A stretch of 32,218 nucleotides of DNA from Candidatus Berkelbacteria bacterium RIFCSPLOWO2_01_FULL_50_28. GTDB lineage: Bacteria > Patescibacteriota > UBA1384 > 2-12-FULL-50-11. The stretch lies in NCBI GenBank assembly GCA_001774395.1, contig MEZX01000002.1, positions 29,628-61,845 of the forward strand, read 5' to 3'. Under the pieces are notes generated by a model. The model was not told where the DNA came from. It did no database searches and worked only from the letters and a program-made list of their open reading frames with translations. Position numbers and translations under genes: made by a program. Below, in pieces: positions 19,156 to 27,917 of this stretch (positions within the stretch are counted from its first letter, which is position 1; every line of letters starts with the position of its first letter).

Positions 19156-19911
19156 TTACTTCAGCCGGTAGGTAACAGAGACAGAATACGTCACTTCTTG
19201 TTCGCCGAAAAGCAAGCGCGGAGTGGTCGGCGCAACGCTGCCCTTGGACATCGAGCCGGTGTCGCCCTCCATCATAATTGGGCCGCCCCAGTTGGGTTCG
19301 GATACTTCGATAACTTTGCCTAGTTTTGCGCCTAGCGTAGTGACGGTCTGGTCGGCTCGGGCCTTTGCGTCAGCCAGTGCTTCACCACGAGCCTCGTTCT
19401 CCAGACGCTTGCTGGTTTCGGTGGTAAAACCGCTAGATGGCGAAACGCCGTACAGCGGTGAAGTGGTCGTTAGATAATCGCTAATTTTTTGAGCCAGTTT
19501 CGAGTCGTTCACCACCGCGGTCACGGCAAAGGTCGCCGTAATTGTGGAGGAGCTAACAGCGCTGGAATCAGGTTCCGACGAGTCTACCATCGGTATCACT
19601 CGACCGTCATCGTTACTGGTACTGACATCGGTCCTTATTTTTGATTCCACTACACCGAGCTTGATCAGCTTGGCAACAACAGCGTTACCCTTGACGGAAA
19701 CCTTGGAAATCGCTTTGGCTGAAGTTGCTGCGGTCGACTGATACGACGGGTAGAAAGTGAACTCATCCGGCACCGCTTTAACAGTAGCCTGCCCGCTAAC
19801 TACAACCGTCCGACTACCAGTGCTGTCCCACGGCTGCCAGGCAAATAGCATTCCCAAAATCACCAGTGTCAACACACCTACCACAAACCGCAGATCAAGT
19901 TTTAATGTCAT
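19156..19911 (-). CDS. SIMPL/DUF541 domain protein
   Basis: N-terminal TM; V.VSGQATV.AVPD; AR.EALADAK.RA...LG.KLGKV.EVSE; V.V.Y at the C-terminus. Confidence 0.9.
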   Translation of the reverse strand: MTLKLDLRFVVGVLTLVILGMLFAWQPWDSTGSRTVVVSGQATVKAVPDEFTFYPSYQSTAATSAKAISKVSVKGNAVVAKLIKLGVVESKIRTDVSTSNDDGRVIPMVDSSEPDSSAVSSSTITATFAVTAVVNDSKLAQKISDYLTTTSPLYGVSPSSGFTTETSKRLENEARGEALADAKARADQTVTTLGAKLGKVIEVSEPNWGGPIMMEGDTGSMSKGSVAPTTPRLLFGEQEVTYSVSVTYRLK

Positions 19912-19953
19912 TTCCTATATTGAAAGCTAAATAGGCACTGTTTGCAATGGCAG

Positions 19954-19988
19954 AAAAACAAAAACGGGCCACCCATCAGGACGGCCCG
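19954..19988 (-). terminator. Intrinsic terminator after the PepSY/cupredoxin gene
   Basis: CGGGCC..GGCCCG stem with a U-rich tail on the minus strand. Confidence 0.6.
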
Positions 19989-20010
19989 CGTTCATTTCTA
20001 GTTCGACTCT

Positions 20011-20928
20011 TTAGCTGTTTTTCACCGTAATTGATGCGGTCATTTCCGGGTGAATAGTACACTTCACGGTGAACGAGCCGGCAACAGACGGGGTGAAGGT
20101 GAACTCCTTCTTTGCACCGGCGGCAATCGTGTAGTTGATACCCAATTCAGTGATGGTGAAAGTGTGAGAAACATCGTCCTCATTCTCCACCTCTACCTTA
20201 ACCGCTTGGCCTTTGGTTAGCGACTCTAATCCGCTGAATTCGTTATCTTCCATTGAGACGCTCATCTCCTGAGGCTCGCTGTTACCGCCCTGGTCATCGC
20301 CTTGGTCATCGCCATTGTCATCATTTCCGGACGAGCCAGGTTCGCGAACACGAAGCACTGCACCAGTTGTGGCATCAACATCAACTCGACCGTCATCGGT
20401 GAACTTGACGCTGTAAACAACTTTGCTCTCTTCCATGTCCAGCTCAATCTTGCGTACGGTCTTTCCTGGTCGCTGACCTTCGGCAATTGATCGAGCCTGG
20501 GCAACGGAAATCGCGGCAACAAAGTCAGCCGGTATTTCGTCGCTAGACTCAACCTCGTCGCTATCCGCTTTGTCCTCGCTTGGGTCTATTATCTGTTCAC
20601 CTGTTTCGGCGTTGAAAAAGAGCACTCCTTCGGGGTTACCCAATTTTACCTTGTAAACCAGCCCTGCGTCTTCGTCTTCAAGCTCGATACTGACAATTGT
20701 CTGTCCGTCTTTCAGTAGTTTTTCTGCTAACGCGCGGATCTCCTCGGCCGACTTCACCCCAGATAGTGCGGTTGGCAATGAATCGGCTTGTTCGGCCGCT
20801 TTTTCACTTTTTCGTTCCTCTACCTTTTTGGCGGCAACATAGCTACCTCCGCCCACTACTAACGTTCCAAGCGCCAGTAACAAAATCATCACCGGGGCAA
20901 AACCCCTTTTAGTTTTAGTTGCAATCAT
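20011..20928 (-). CDS. Pilin-leader protein with two PepSY domains and a C-terminal cupredoxin domain
   Basis: KRG|FAPVMILLL leader; two IELE/D..VY.VK..(N/D)A.TG PepSY units; HTF...CTIHPEM copper ligands. SD AGGAGG fits ATG 20928. Promoter TTGACA-17-TAAGCT. Confidence 0.8.
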   Translation of the reverse strand: MIATKTKRGFAPVMILLLALGTLVVGGGSYVAAKKVEERKSEKAAEQADSLPTALSGVKSAEEIRALAEKLLKDGQTIVSIELEDEDAGLVYKVKLGNPEGVLFFNAETGEQIIDPSEDKADSDEVESSDEIPADFVAAISVAQARSIAEGQRPGKTVRKIELDMEESKVVYSVKFTDDGRVDVDATTGAVLRVREPGSSGNDDNGDDQGDDQGGNSEPQEMSVSMEDNEFSGLESLTKGQAVKVEVENEDDVSHTFTITELGINYTIAAGAKKEFTFTPSVAGSFTVKCTIHPEMTASITVKNS

Positions 20929-21076
20929 TATATACACTCCTCCTTATTAATTCAGCTTACAGACCTACAGCCAGAATGTCAAAGGGAGGCCTATGTGACG
21001 ATCGGAGGGGTAGCAATAATTGAATAAACAACTTCCCCCACTTGGCCATTACTCTCTGATAGTGTAGTTTTAGACC

Positions 21077-22111
21077 ATGGCTCGAAGGATCTACTACTGG
21101 TTACAGAGAGTGTATCTTTACTGGCGGTCACGTGAGAAACTCTTGATGATTATTCTCGGACTGGTGGTAGTTGTTTCTGCGGTGGTATCTATTAACATCC
21201 AAAGACAGGCTGCCAAGCCAGCGCCGTACGTGAACCCTTATGAGACGCTTGTTGGCGTCGCCCTTTCTCCCAAAAGTTACAAAGGCGAAAAGTTCACGAG
21301 TTTTTTCGACAAAGCCAAAGAAATCGGCAACGCCGTTAGTTGGTCCGGGCCTTGGCAAGATTTTGCTAAATCCAACGGTACTCCTTCAGACATCGCTACG
21401 CTGGCCAAACAAAAGGGCTTTATGCCAATTTACCTCACAGGCCCAACTATCGAAGAGGTGAAGAACGGCGACTATCAAACAGCCATGACCGCTGCGATCG
21501 GTAAATTTGCCGCCACAGAACAGCCAAAATACATCGGCATCGGCCACGAGATCGACCAGCTCTACCTAAGCTCACCCGAGCTACTAAAAAAATACCTGAA
21601 AGCAGCCAAACCAGTAGTCGGCCGTCTTCGCTCCACCTCGGCCAGCGTTAAAATCTTCGCTACCATCCAGTACGAACGGAGTCAGGGCTTGCGAGGTGGC
21701 CTGTTTGGAGGCACCAACGACGAGTCGAAGAGCATTTTGAAGAAGGTCTTGCCACAGTTAGAGATGTTTGATTTTGTCGCCTTCACCACTTACCCTGGGC
21801 TCATTTATAAAACACCCGAGGATTTGCCCGACGATTACTACTCCAAAGTTACTTCGCTGACCTCTAAACCAATTATCTTCACCGAAGTTGGCTGGTCGAG
21901 ATCGGCACCGGAGGAAGGTTACGACGGTAGCGAATCGGCTCAAGCTGAGTTCATCAAAGAATTTCGCCATCAAATGGAGGACATTAAACCGGTCTTACAG
22001 CTTTGGTCGTTCCTGTACCCGCAAAAAGTTAGCTCGGTATTCGAGACTATGAGTTTGCTGGCCACCGACCAAGAAACTTCCCCCGGCTTCGAGGCTTGGA
22101 AAAGGAAGTAA
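21077..22111 (+). CDS. Membrane-anchored clan GH-A-like glycoside hydrolase
   Basis: N-terminal TM; IGIGHEID (candidate acid/base), DFVAFTTYP, KPIIFTEVGW (candidate nucleophile), GSESAQAEF. Confidence 0.7.
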   Translation: MARRIYYWLQRVYLYWRSREKLLMIILGLVVVVSAVVSINIQRQAAKPAPYVNPYETLVGVALSPKSYKGEKFTSFFDKAKEIGNAVSWSGPWQDFAKSNGTPSDIATLAKQKGFMPIYLTGPTIEEVKNGDYQTAMTAAIGKFAATEQPKYIGIGHEIDQLYLSSPELLKKYLKAAKPVVGRLRSTSASVKIFATIQYERSQGLRGGLFGGTNDESKSILKKVLPQLEMFDFVAFTTYPGLIYKTPEDLPDDYYSKVTSLTSKPIIFTEVGWSRSAPEEGYDGSESAQAEFIKEFRHQMEDIKPVLQLWSFLYPQKVSSVFETMSLLATDQETSPGFEAWKRK

Positions 22112-22113
22112 GG

Positions 22114-22206
22114 CTAGCCGTCAATCACTTGCGAGAGCAGTAGTTTCTTCTCTACGAACGCAATTAGTTTACGGGAAGAGACCGCCACGTCGGGGGCGAC
22201 GGAGAC
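22114..22206 (-). pseudogene. ppsA: Duplicated, diverged 3' end of ppsA
   Basis: 83/93 nt identical to 22889-22981. Encodes VSVAPDVAVSSRKLIAFVEKKLLLSQVIDG*. Confidence 0.92.
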
Positions 22207-22265
22207 GTAAGACGGAGGCAGACAGAAGTCCGAGCCAGTATTCCAGTGGTATTTGCCCACAACTT

Positions 22266-22293
22266 AAGAAGCCTACCGATTGGATCGATAGGC
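22266..22293 (-). terminator. Probable terminator of the DUF420-like gene
   Basis: GCCTACCGAT-TGG-ATCGATAGGC hairpin followed by TTCTT on the minus strand. Confidence 0.5.
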
Positions 22294-22328
22294 ATGAGGT
22301 TGAGATCGACGGTGACACGTTAGATCCT

Positions 22329-22712
22329 CTATCTCGGTGCGGCTGTTGTGATCAGCAAAATGCCGGTGATGGTGGTCGGGATCAGCATTACAGCAAAGGT
22401 GATCACCGCTGCCCGATGCCAGACCCGGAAACGATTGCCCGACTGCAGCTTCCAGCCCAAGAGCACCAATACCAGGAAGATGACCCCGGAAGTGATCGCA
22501 AAGGGCAGATGGATAGTCTGTGCGTCCTTGTTGAAGCTGTAGAGGTAGCGCAGCCCCTCTGCGTAGAGCACTGTGGCCACAAAGATCGTAACAGTCACCC
22601 AAGCTCGTAGGACATGCCGTCGTCGCTGGTGGCGCCGGCCGGCGATAGCCGTCCAGATAAAGAAACCAACAAACAAGATCAACAGAGCGACAAAGATGAG
22701 AAGGTACAACAT
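22329..22712 (-). CDS. 4-TM membrane protein, DUF420-like
   Basis: Four hydrophobic helices; His spacing (RRH, IHL, WHR) as in DUF420; SD GGGAG. Confidence 0.65.
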   Translation of the reverse strand: MLYLLIFVALLILFVGFFIWTAIAGRRHQRRRHVLRAWVTVTIFVATVLYAEGLRYLYSFNKDAQTIHLPFAITSGVIFLVLVLLGWKLQSGNRFRVWHRAAVITFAVMLIPTTITGILLITTAAPR

Positions 22713-22888
22713 TTCATAAACTCCCTGGGAAGAATTGTAGCTGAATTATCGGCCAACTACCAGGGTTGGTGCTACAATTCTGACGATGAAATCACGAAAG
22801 TTCTGCGTTGTCTTGTATCTATGGAGGTGTGGCTTTCTTGTTATTCTAGCCGTCGCTAACGACGACCGAAGCGGAGGAGTTTTCAGAG

Positions 22889-25264
22889 CTACGCGTCGAT
22901 TACTTGCGAGAGAAGTAATTTCTTCTCTACGGACGCAATTAGTTTACGGGAGGAGACCGCCACGTCGGGGGCAACAGAGACAGAAGTTGTGCCGGCCTTG
23001 ACCATCGCTTCGGTAATCTCCGGATAAACGCTGGGTGCCTGGCCGCAGATCGAACAGGTAACGTGATGTTTGCGGCAAGTGCGCACAACGTGCAAAATTG
23101 AGTTTAAAACTGCCGGATATCTCTCGTCAAATTCGGCCGCGAGCTTGGAGGAGTCGCGATCAATACCCAGAATAAGTTGGGTTAAGTCGTTGGAGCCGAT
23201 CGATACCCCATCGATTCCTTCTTCGATATAACGCTCTAACTCCAAAACCGTGGAAGGCACTTCCACCATTATCCACAGCTTGAAATCGGCAGACTGCTTA
23301 AGATTGTTTTGGTGCATTAGGTCGCGCACTTTTACAAACTCGTCAACGGTTCGGACAAACGGAATCATTACGTGCAAGTTTTTCAGGTCCAACCCGTCGC
23401 GAATCTGTTTGATCGCTTCGATCTCCAGCGCAAACTCGTCCGGCTCGTTAACATAACGCGACGCGCCGCGGTAGCCGATCATCGGATTGTTCTCCTGCTC
23501 CTCGTACTTGTCACCGCCTTTCAGCGAGCGATACTCGTTAGTTTTGAAGTCGGTGAAGCGGTAAACCACTGGCCGAGGATTGAAAGCCTGGGCGATCGTG
23601 CTGATGCCTTGGCTTAGCTTTTGGACAAATTCTTTTTGGCGGCCCGCGGCGATCATTGCCCTAGGGTGCTCGCCAATTCCAGCGATAATGAATTCAGCAC
23701 GAAGCAACCCGACGCCGTCAACCGGCAGCTGGGCGTACTCCTCGGCTTTGTCTGGCTCGGCCAAATTCAAATAGACCTTTGTAGCGGTAACAGGAACGGT
23801 AGTCATAACACCGCTGGCTAGCAGCTGTCGGCTGTCGGCTTTCAGCTGAATGCCGCTAGCTGATTGCTGATGGCTGATCTCAACTTTGCCTTTATAGACT
23901 TTGCCGGATGCGCCATCAACTGTTACTACTTGGCCCGTTTTGAGCGAGTGGGTAGCAGTACCGGTACCGACAACACAGGGGATTCCCAGCTCGCGCGAAA
24001 CAATCGAGGCATGACTCGTCCTACCCCCTGTATCGGTAACAATGGCGCAGGCGCGCTTCATCGCCGGCACGTAATCCGGGCTCGTCATCTCGGTAACCAG
24101 CACGTCGCCTGCTAAAACTTTATCGATATCTTTGGGCGAGTGGATGATTTTAACGGGCCCCGACGCGCGTCCCACCGAAGCAGCAGCACCGCTTACCAGC
24201 ACGTCGGCTTCGCTGACTGTCGGCTCTCCGCTTGCGGCTTTCGGCTGTTCGGTCAAAGCTGATGGCTGACTGCTGATGGCTGACTGCTGATTACTTCCTT
24301 TGTTTAGGGTTGTAACCGGCCGTGATTGTACCATATAGAAACTGCCGCCCTCGAAAGCCCATTCCATATCTTGCGGCTTGCCGTAATGGGCTTCCACTTG
24401 GGCGCCGATTTGGGCAAGTTTTACGATCTGCTCGTCAGTAAGTTTCTGGCCTTCGAGTTTGTCTTTAGGGGTACTACGATGGACGTCGTTGCCGTCCGGA
24501 CCGCGCACTATCTGCCACTCCTGCTTGCTGACCTCTTTGCTCGCAATGTCCCAGGACTCTTTTTTGACAACGTAATGATCGGGCGTTACGGAGCCGGAAA
24601 CAATCGCTTCGCCCAGCCCCATGCCGGCATCGATAACGATCTTGGAAGTGTCATTTGTTACTGGGTCAACGCTAAACATGATGCCCGAAACTTCACTTTG
24701 AACCATTCTTTGCACCGGTACGGCGATGCCGACTTTCAGGTGATCAAACTTATTAACCGTTCGATAATAAATGGCTCGCGCTTCAAACAGCGACGCCCAG
24801 CATTCGCGAACGGCTTTTATCAAGGCCTTATGCCCTTCGATATTCAAAAACGTCGCCTGCTGGCCGGCAAACGAGGCGTCCGGTAGATCTTCCGCTGTCG
24901 CCGACGAGCGCACCGCCACCGGCCCCTTGCCCATCTCGTCGTAAGCTTTTTCGATCGCACTTATCAAAGCCTTTGGCAACTCCTTCTCTTTGACTGCTTT
25001 CTGCAAAACTAGGGCGATCTGATTCAACTTTTTCGAGGCCTCAGAATCGATCCCTTTCACCTCTTTGGCGATGAACTTATCGATGCGGTGATCGCGGATA
25101 AATTGGAAGTAGGCTTCGCTCGTAATGATGAACCCTTGCGGCACCGGAAGTTTGGCTCGGCTCATCTCGCCGAGATTGGCCCCTTTGCCGCCAACCAGTG
25201 GGATGTCGTCTTTACCGACCTCACTAAACCAAACCAAGGACTTTTTCTTTGCAGAACCTAGCAT
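22889..25264 (-). CDS. ppsA: Phosphoenolpyruvate synthase
   Basis: VGGKGANLGEM, AVRSSATAED..ASFAGQ, QSRPVT, GGRTSHASIVSRELG, GLLRAEF, SIGSNDLTQL, SICGQAP. Start taken at ATG 25264, just after the recX stop. Confidence 0.96.
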   Translation of the reverse strand: MLGSAKKKSLVWFSEVGKDDIPLVGGKGANLGEMSRAKLPVPQGFIITSEAYFQFIRDHRIDKFIAKEVKGIDSEASKKLNQIALVLQKAVKEKELPKALISAIEKAYDEMGKGPVAVRSSATAEDLPDASFAGQQATFLNIEGHKALIKAVRECWASLFEARAIYYRTVNKFDHLKVGIAVPVQRMVQSEVSGIMFSVDPVTNDTSKIVIDAGMGLGEAIVSGSVTPDHYVVKKESWDIASKEVSKQEWQIVRGPDGNDVHRSTPKDKLEGQKLTDEQIVKLAQIGAQVEAHYGKPQDMEWAFEGGSFYMVQSRPVTTLNKGSNQQSAISSQPSALTEQPKAASGEPTVSEADVLVSGAAASVGRASGPVKIIHSPKDIDKVLAGDVLVTEMTSPDYVPAMKRACAIVTDTGGRTSHASIVSRELGIPCVVGTGTATHSLKTGQVVTVDGASGKVYKGKVEISHQQSASGIQLKADSRQLLASGVMTTVPVTATKVYLNLAEPDKAEEYAQLPVDGVGLLRAEFIIAGIGEHPRAMIAAGRQKEFVQKLSQGISTIAQAFNPRPVVYRFTDFKTNEYRSLKGGDKYEEQENNPMIGYRGASRYVNEPDEFALEIEAIKQIRDGLDLKNLHVMIPFVRTVDEFVKVRDLMHQNNLKQSADFKLWIMVEVPSTVLELERYIEEGIDGVSIGSNDLTQLILGIDRDSSKLAAEFDERYPAVLNSILHVVRTCRKHHVTCSICGQAPSVYPEITEAMVKAGTTSVSVAPDVAVSSRKLIASVEKKLLLSQVIDA
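23817..23879. repeat. 7-nt-period array in frame within a ppsA linker
   Basis: GC(T/C) at 23817, 23824, 23831, 23838, 23845, 23852, 23859, 23866, 23873. Confidence 0.85.
24216..24292. repeat. 7-nt-period array in frame within a ppsA linker
   Basis: GCT at 24223, 24230, 24237, 24244, 24258, 24265, 24272, 24279, 24286; includes gctgatg gctgact gctgatg gctgact gctgatt. Confidence 0.85.
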
Positions 25265-25274
25265 TAATTCCAAC

Positions 25275-25733
25275 TTAACTTGTTTGAATCTCTTTGAGTA
25301 GTCGGTAGATGATATTGGGGGCAAAACCGCGACGGCCAAGCAATCCTAAGGCCCGGCGTTTGCGCGTCAGTTCGTCAAGGTTTGACCAACTTCTAATTCG
25401 ACTTTCTAGCAGCTCTCTGGCAACCTCAATTTCGTCATCAGCAGAGATTTGTGAGGTCCACTTTTCGGTCAACTCCCGGGAAAACCCTCGTCGCTTCATC
25501 TCCAAGCAGATGCGATACTTGCCCCGCCGCATTATGGAGAGTCTCGAGTGCACGAAAGATTCGGCGAATTTATCATCGTCGATTAGGCCAACCGCTGCTA
25601 GCCGCTGCAGCGCTTTCTCCACAGCTTCCGGCTCGTAACTTTTGTCTCGCAATCTCTCTCGCAACTCTTTCTCTGTCCGCGCCCGATAACCAAGGAGTTT
25701 CACTGCGTAATCGAAGGCCGACATACTTTTCAT
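25275..25733 (-). CDS. recX: Regulatory protein RecX
   Basis: A.KLL.YRARTEKEL..RL, GLIDDDKFA, G..RI..E.KRRG, L.RRGF; lies downstream of recA. Confidence 0.92.
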   Translation of the reverse strand: MKSMSAFDYAVKLLGYRARTEKELRERLRDKSYEPEAVEKALQRLAAVGLIDDDKFAESFVHSRLSIMRRGKYRICLEMKRRGFSRELTEKWTSQISADDEIEVARELLESRIRSWSNLDELTRKRRALGLLGRRGFAPNIIYRLLKEIQTS

Positions 25734-25776
25734 GCCTGTATCATATCTGAATTTCTAACCCAAAAAAGTGCGAGAC

Positions 25777-25820
25777 TTGACTTCGCCGAGGGGGGAGGTA
25801 CGGTGGAGTTGAGGTAGGGA
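25777..25820 (+). promoter_or_regulatory. Promoter/leader shared with the paralog at 28802-29449
   Basis: TTGACT-16-TACGGT-gga-GTTGAG-gta-GGGA. Confidence 0.55.
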
Positions 25821-25855
25821 AAACTACTTAGCATCGGACAAAGAAGGAGGAACTA

Positions 25856-26563
25856 ATGGAACGAAAAGTAACCTATATAGTACTAGCGCTTGGACTAATC
25901 ATCGGTTTAGTGGCTGGTTTCGCTGGTGGTTACACTTACCAGAACTTCAAGGCCGAAGAAGGTGGGACTGTAGGAACGGGCGGTGAAATTGGAGGAAGTG
26001 GACAAGCAGATTCAAAAACCGAAAAAGTACCAAGTCACTATAAAGTTATTATGGCTCTGATAAACAGCGGTGATCCAATTAGGAATAGGATAAGAAGTAC
26101 TGAAATCTCAAGAGTGAGTACTAGGGCATATCGATGCCCTACAGTTATCGATCCAGGGTATACAAAGTGGATGGCAAAGGTACCTCTGCCATTTTATCGA
26201 CATATTTACGACGATAGCCTACTAATGGATGCGAAACCAGCGACGATCGTAGGGTCCGTCGATGAAGATACAGATTACCCCAATGATGCAACTGAGTGGA
26301 TTGGAAATGAAAGAAATTATGAGATCGTCAATACGGAATTAGTGAAAAAGGCAAAGTTGACAAAATTTTACCAAACCGGGGTGCAGAATCATCAAAAACG
26401 TTACTTTCTGTCAGGTGGGGACGATGAATTTTTCGACACAAAGGTACTTGGACCATTAAGCATGGTGCAAGACATGTTAGATCAGAAAGAGTTAGACAAA
26501 TTAGAACCAATTCCGGTATGTACGAGAGGGAAAGTTAAAAAGGTTGGGGGCGGCGCCGAGTAA
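25856..26563 (+). CDS. N-terminally anchored hypothetical surface protein (paralog A)
   Basis: SD AAGGAGG; TM ending GFAGGYTY; two Cys; AT-richer than recA/recX. Confidence 0.8.
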   Translation: MERKVTYIVLALGLIIGLVAGFAGGYTYQNFKAEEGGTVGTGGEIGGSGQADSKTEKVPSHYKVIMALINSGDPIRNRIRSTEISRVSTRAYRCPTVIDPGYTKWMAKVPLPFYRHIYDDSLLMDAKPATIVGSVDEDTDYPNDATEWIGNERNYEIVNTELVKKAKLTKFYQTGVQNHQKRYFLSGGDDEFFDTKVLGPLSMVQDMLDQKELDKLEPIPVCTRGKVKKVGGGAE

Positions 26564-26705
26564 CTCTCTTCGGTGACCAGGTGCGTTGAATTGTTACCCT
26601 TCAGGTTGTGCGCTCTAGAACGGACATATCTTTCAATTCTTTTTGTCGACGATCAGTTGAATGACGACAAAGCAGTCGCAAACCATAGCCGTCGAAGTCG
26701 AGAGA

Positions 26706-27752
26706 TTAGTCCTCGTGGACGGTACTAATTTCCCCTGAATCCGAAAGCTCACGCAGTTTACTCTCAATCTCGTCGGCCGTCTTCGGATCACCTTTGAGAA
26801 AAGCTTTGGCAGCCTCCCGCCCCTGCCCTAGCTTTTGCTCTCCGTACTGGAACCAAGCACCCGATTTGTCAACAACTTCGAACTTTACGCCTAAATCAAT
26901 TAGGTCTCCTTCTTTTGATATACCATCTGCGAACATCAAGTCAAATTCAGCTACCCGAAACGGCGGCGCTACCTTGTTTTTCACCACTTTCACTCGACAG
27001 CGGTTACCTATGGCGACATCGCTGTCTTTTATCTGCTCGCTCCGGCGAATGTCCAAACGAATTGAGCAGTAAAATTTCAGAGCGTTGCCACCGGGGGTGG
27101 TTTCGGGGTTTCCGAACATCACCCCGATCTTCATTCGGATTTGGTTAATGAAAATCAGCACTACTTTGGATTTAGCAACCGCGCCGGTCAGCTTGCGCAA
27201 GGCTTGGCTCATGAGGCGCGCTTGCACCCCCATCATCGAGTCGCCCATCTCGCCCTCGATCTCGGCGCGTGGCACCAGCGCCGCCACCGAGTCAACCACA
27301 ATCACGTCCACCGCATTTGAACGCACCAGCGTCTCCACTATCTCGAGCGCCTGCTCGCCGTTGTCGGGCTGGGAGATTAGTAGGGTATCCAAATTGACGC
27401 CCAGCTTGGCTGCGTAACTTGGGTCGAAAGCGTGCTCGGCGTCAATCAAGGCTCCAAGTCCGCCGGTTTTTTGAGCGGCTGCAATTGCCGAGAGCGCCAG
27501 CGATGTTTTGCCGGATGATTCCGGTCCGAAGATTTCGATAATCCGCCCGCGCGGTAAGCCACCAACACCAAGGGCCAGATCGAGCGAGAGTGAGCCGGAG
27601 GAGATGGCGTGAATGTCCAAGTGTGGGCTTTCACCCATCAGCATAATTGAGCCGGCGCCGAACTGTTTTTCAATTTGAGCCAGCGCCGCCTTCAGCGCTT
27701 CGCCGCGACCGGAAGCGACCTCCTGTTTGTCGTTTTTTGTGTTTTTTACCAT
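26706..27752 (-). CDS. recA: Recombinase RecA
   Basis: [42 protein letters not shown]. Start ATG 27752 with SD AAGGAG. Confidence 0.98.
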   Translation of the reverse strand: MVKNTKNDKQEVASGRGEALKAALAQIEKQFGAGSIMLMGESPHLDIHAISSGSLSLDLALGVGGLPRGRIIEIFGPESSGKTSLALSAIAAAQKTGGLGALIDAEHAFDPSYAAKLGVNLDTLLISQPDNGEQALEIVETLVRSNAVDVIVVDSVAALVPRAEIEGEMGDSMMGVQARLMSQALRKLTGAVAKSKVVLIFINQIRMKIGVMFGNPETTPGGNALKFYCSIRLDIRRSEQIKDSDVAIGNRCRVKVVKNKVAPPFRVAEFDLMFADGISKEGDLIDLGVKFEVVDKSGAWFQYGEQKLGQGREAAKAFLKGDPKTADEIESKLRELSDSGEISTVHED

Positions 27753-27769
27753 CTTTCTCCTTCTTAACA

Positions 27770-27909
27770 GGCGCTTGGCGGTCTGGCAACAGCGTGTCGG
27801 AGGTGTCTTGAGCTTGGTCCCCGCTGAAGGCGGGGTCAAACGCCGAGACGCGAGCAGCGAAGCGTCGCTGGAACGCGAGACTGCGTCTGTTGATGGAGCG
27901 CCAAGCGCC
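27770..27909. other. Structured GC-rich element (MITE-like or ncRNA) upstream of recA
   Basis: 11-bp perfect terminal inverted repeat GGCGCTTGGCG / CGCCAAGCGCC with internal hairpins. Confidence 0.6.
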
Positions 27910-27917
27910 GGCTACCC

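Noticed and set aside
22114-22981. DGR template/variable repeat pair
   Set aside because: Mismatches are not adenine-specific and are mostly synonymous; there is no reverse transcriptase in the window.
22786-23001. 71-aa plus-strand ORF
   Set aside because: Its 3' half is antisense to ppsA, with no SD or recognisable motif.
7930-24292. CRISPR array interpretation of the repeats
   Set aside because: The units are 7-nt tandem repeats with no unique spacers, and no cas genes are present.
25265-27839. Extended N-termini of PpsA (25339) and RecA (27839) in the ORF track
   Set aside because: They overlap recX or the structured element; the downstream ATGs fit family length, and the recA one has an SD.
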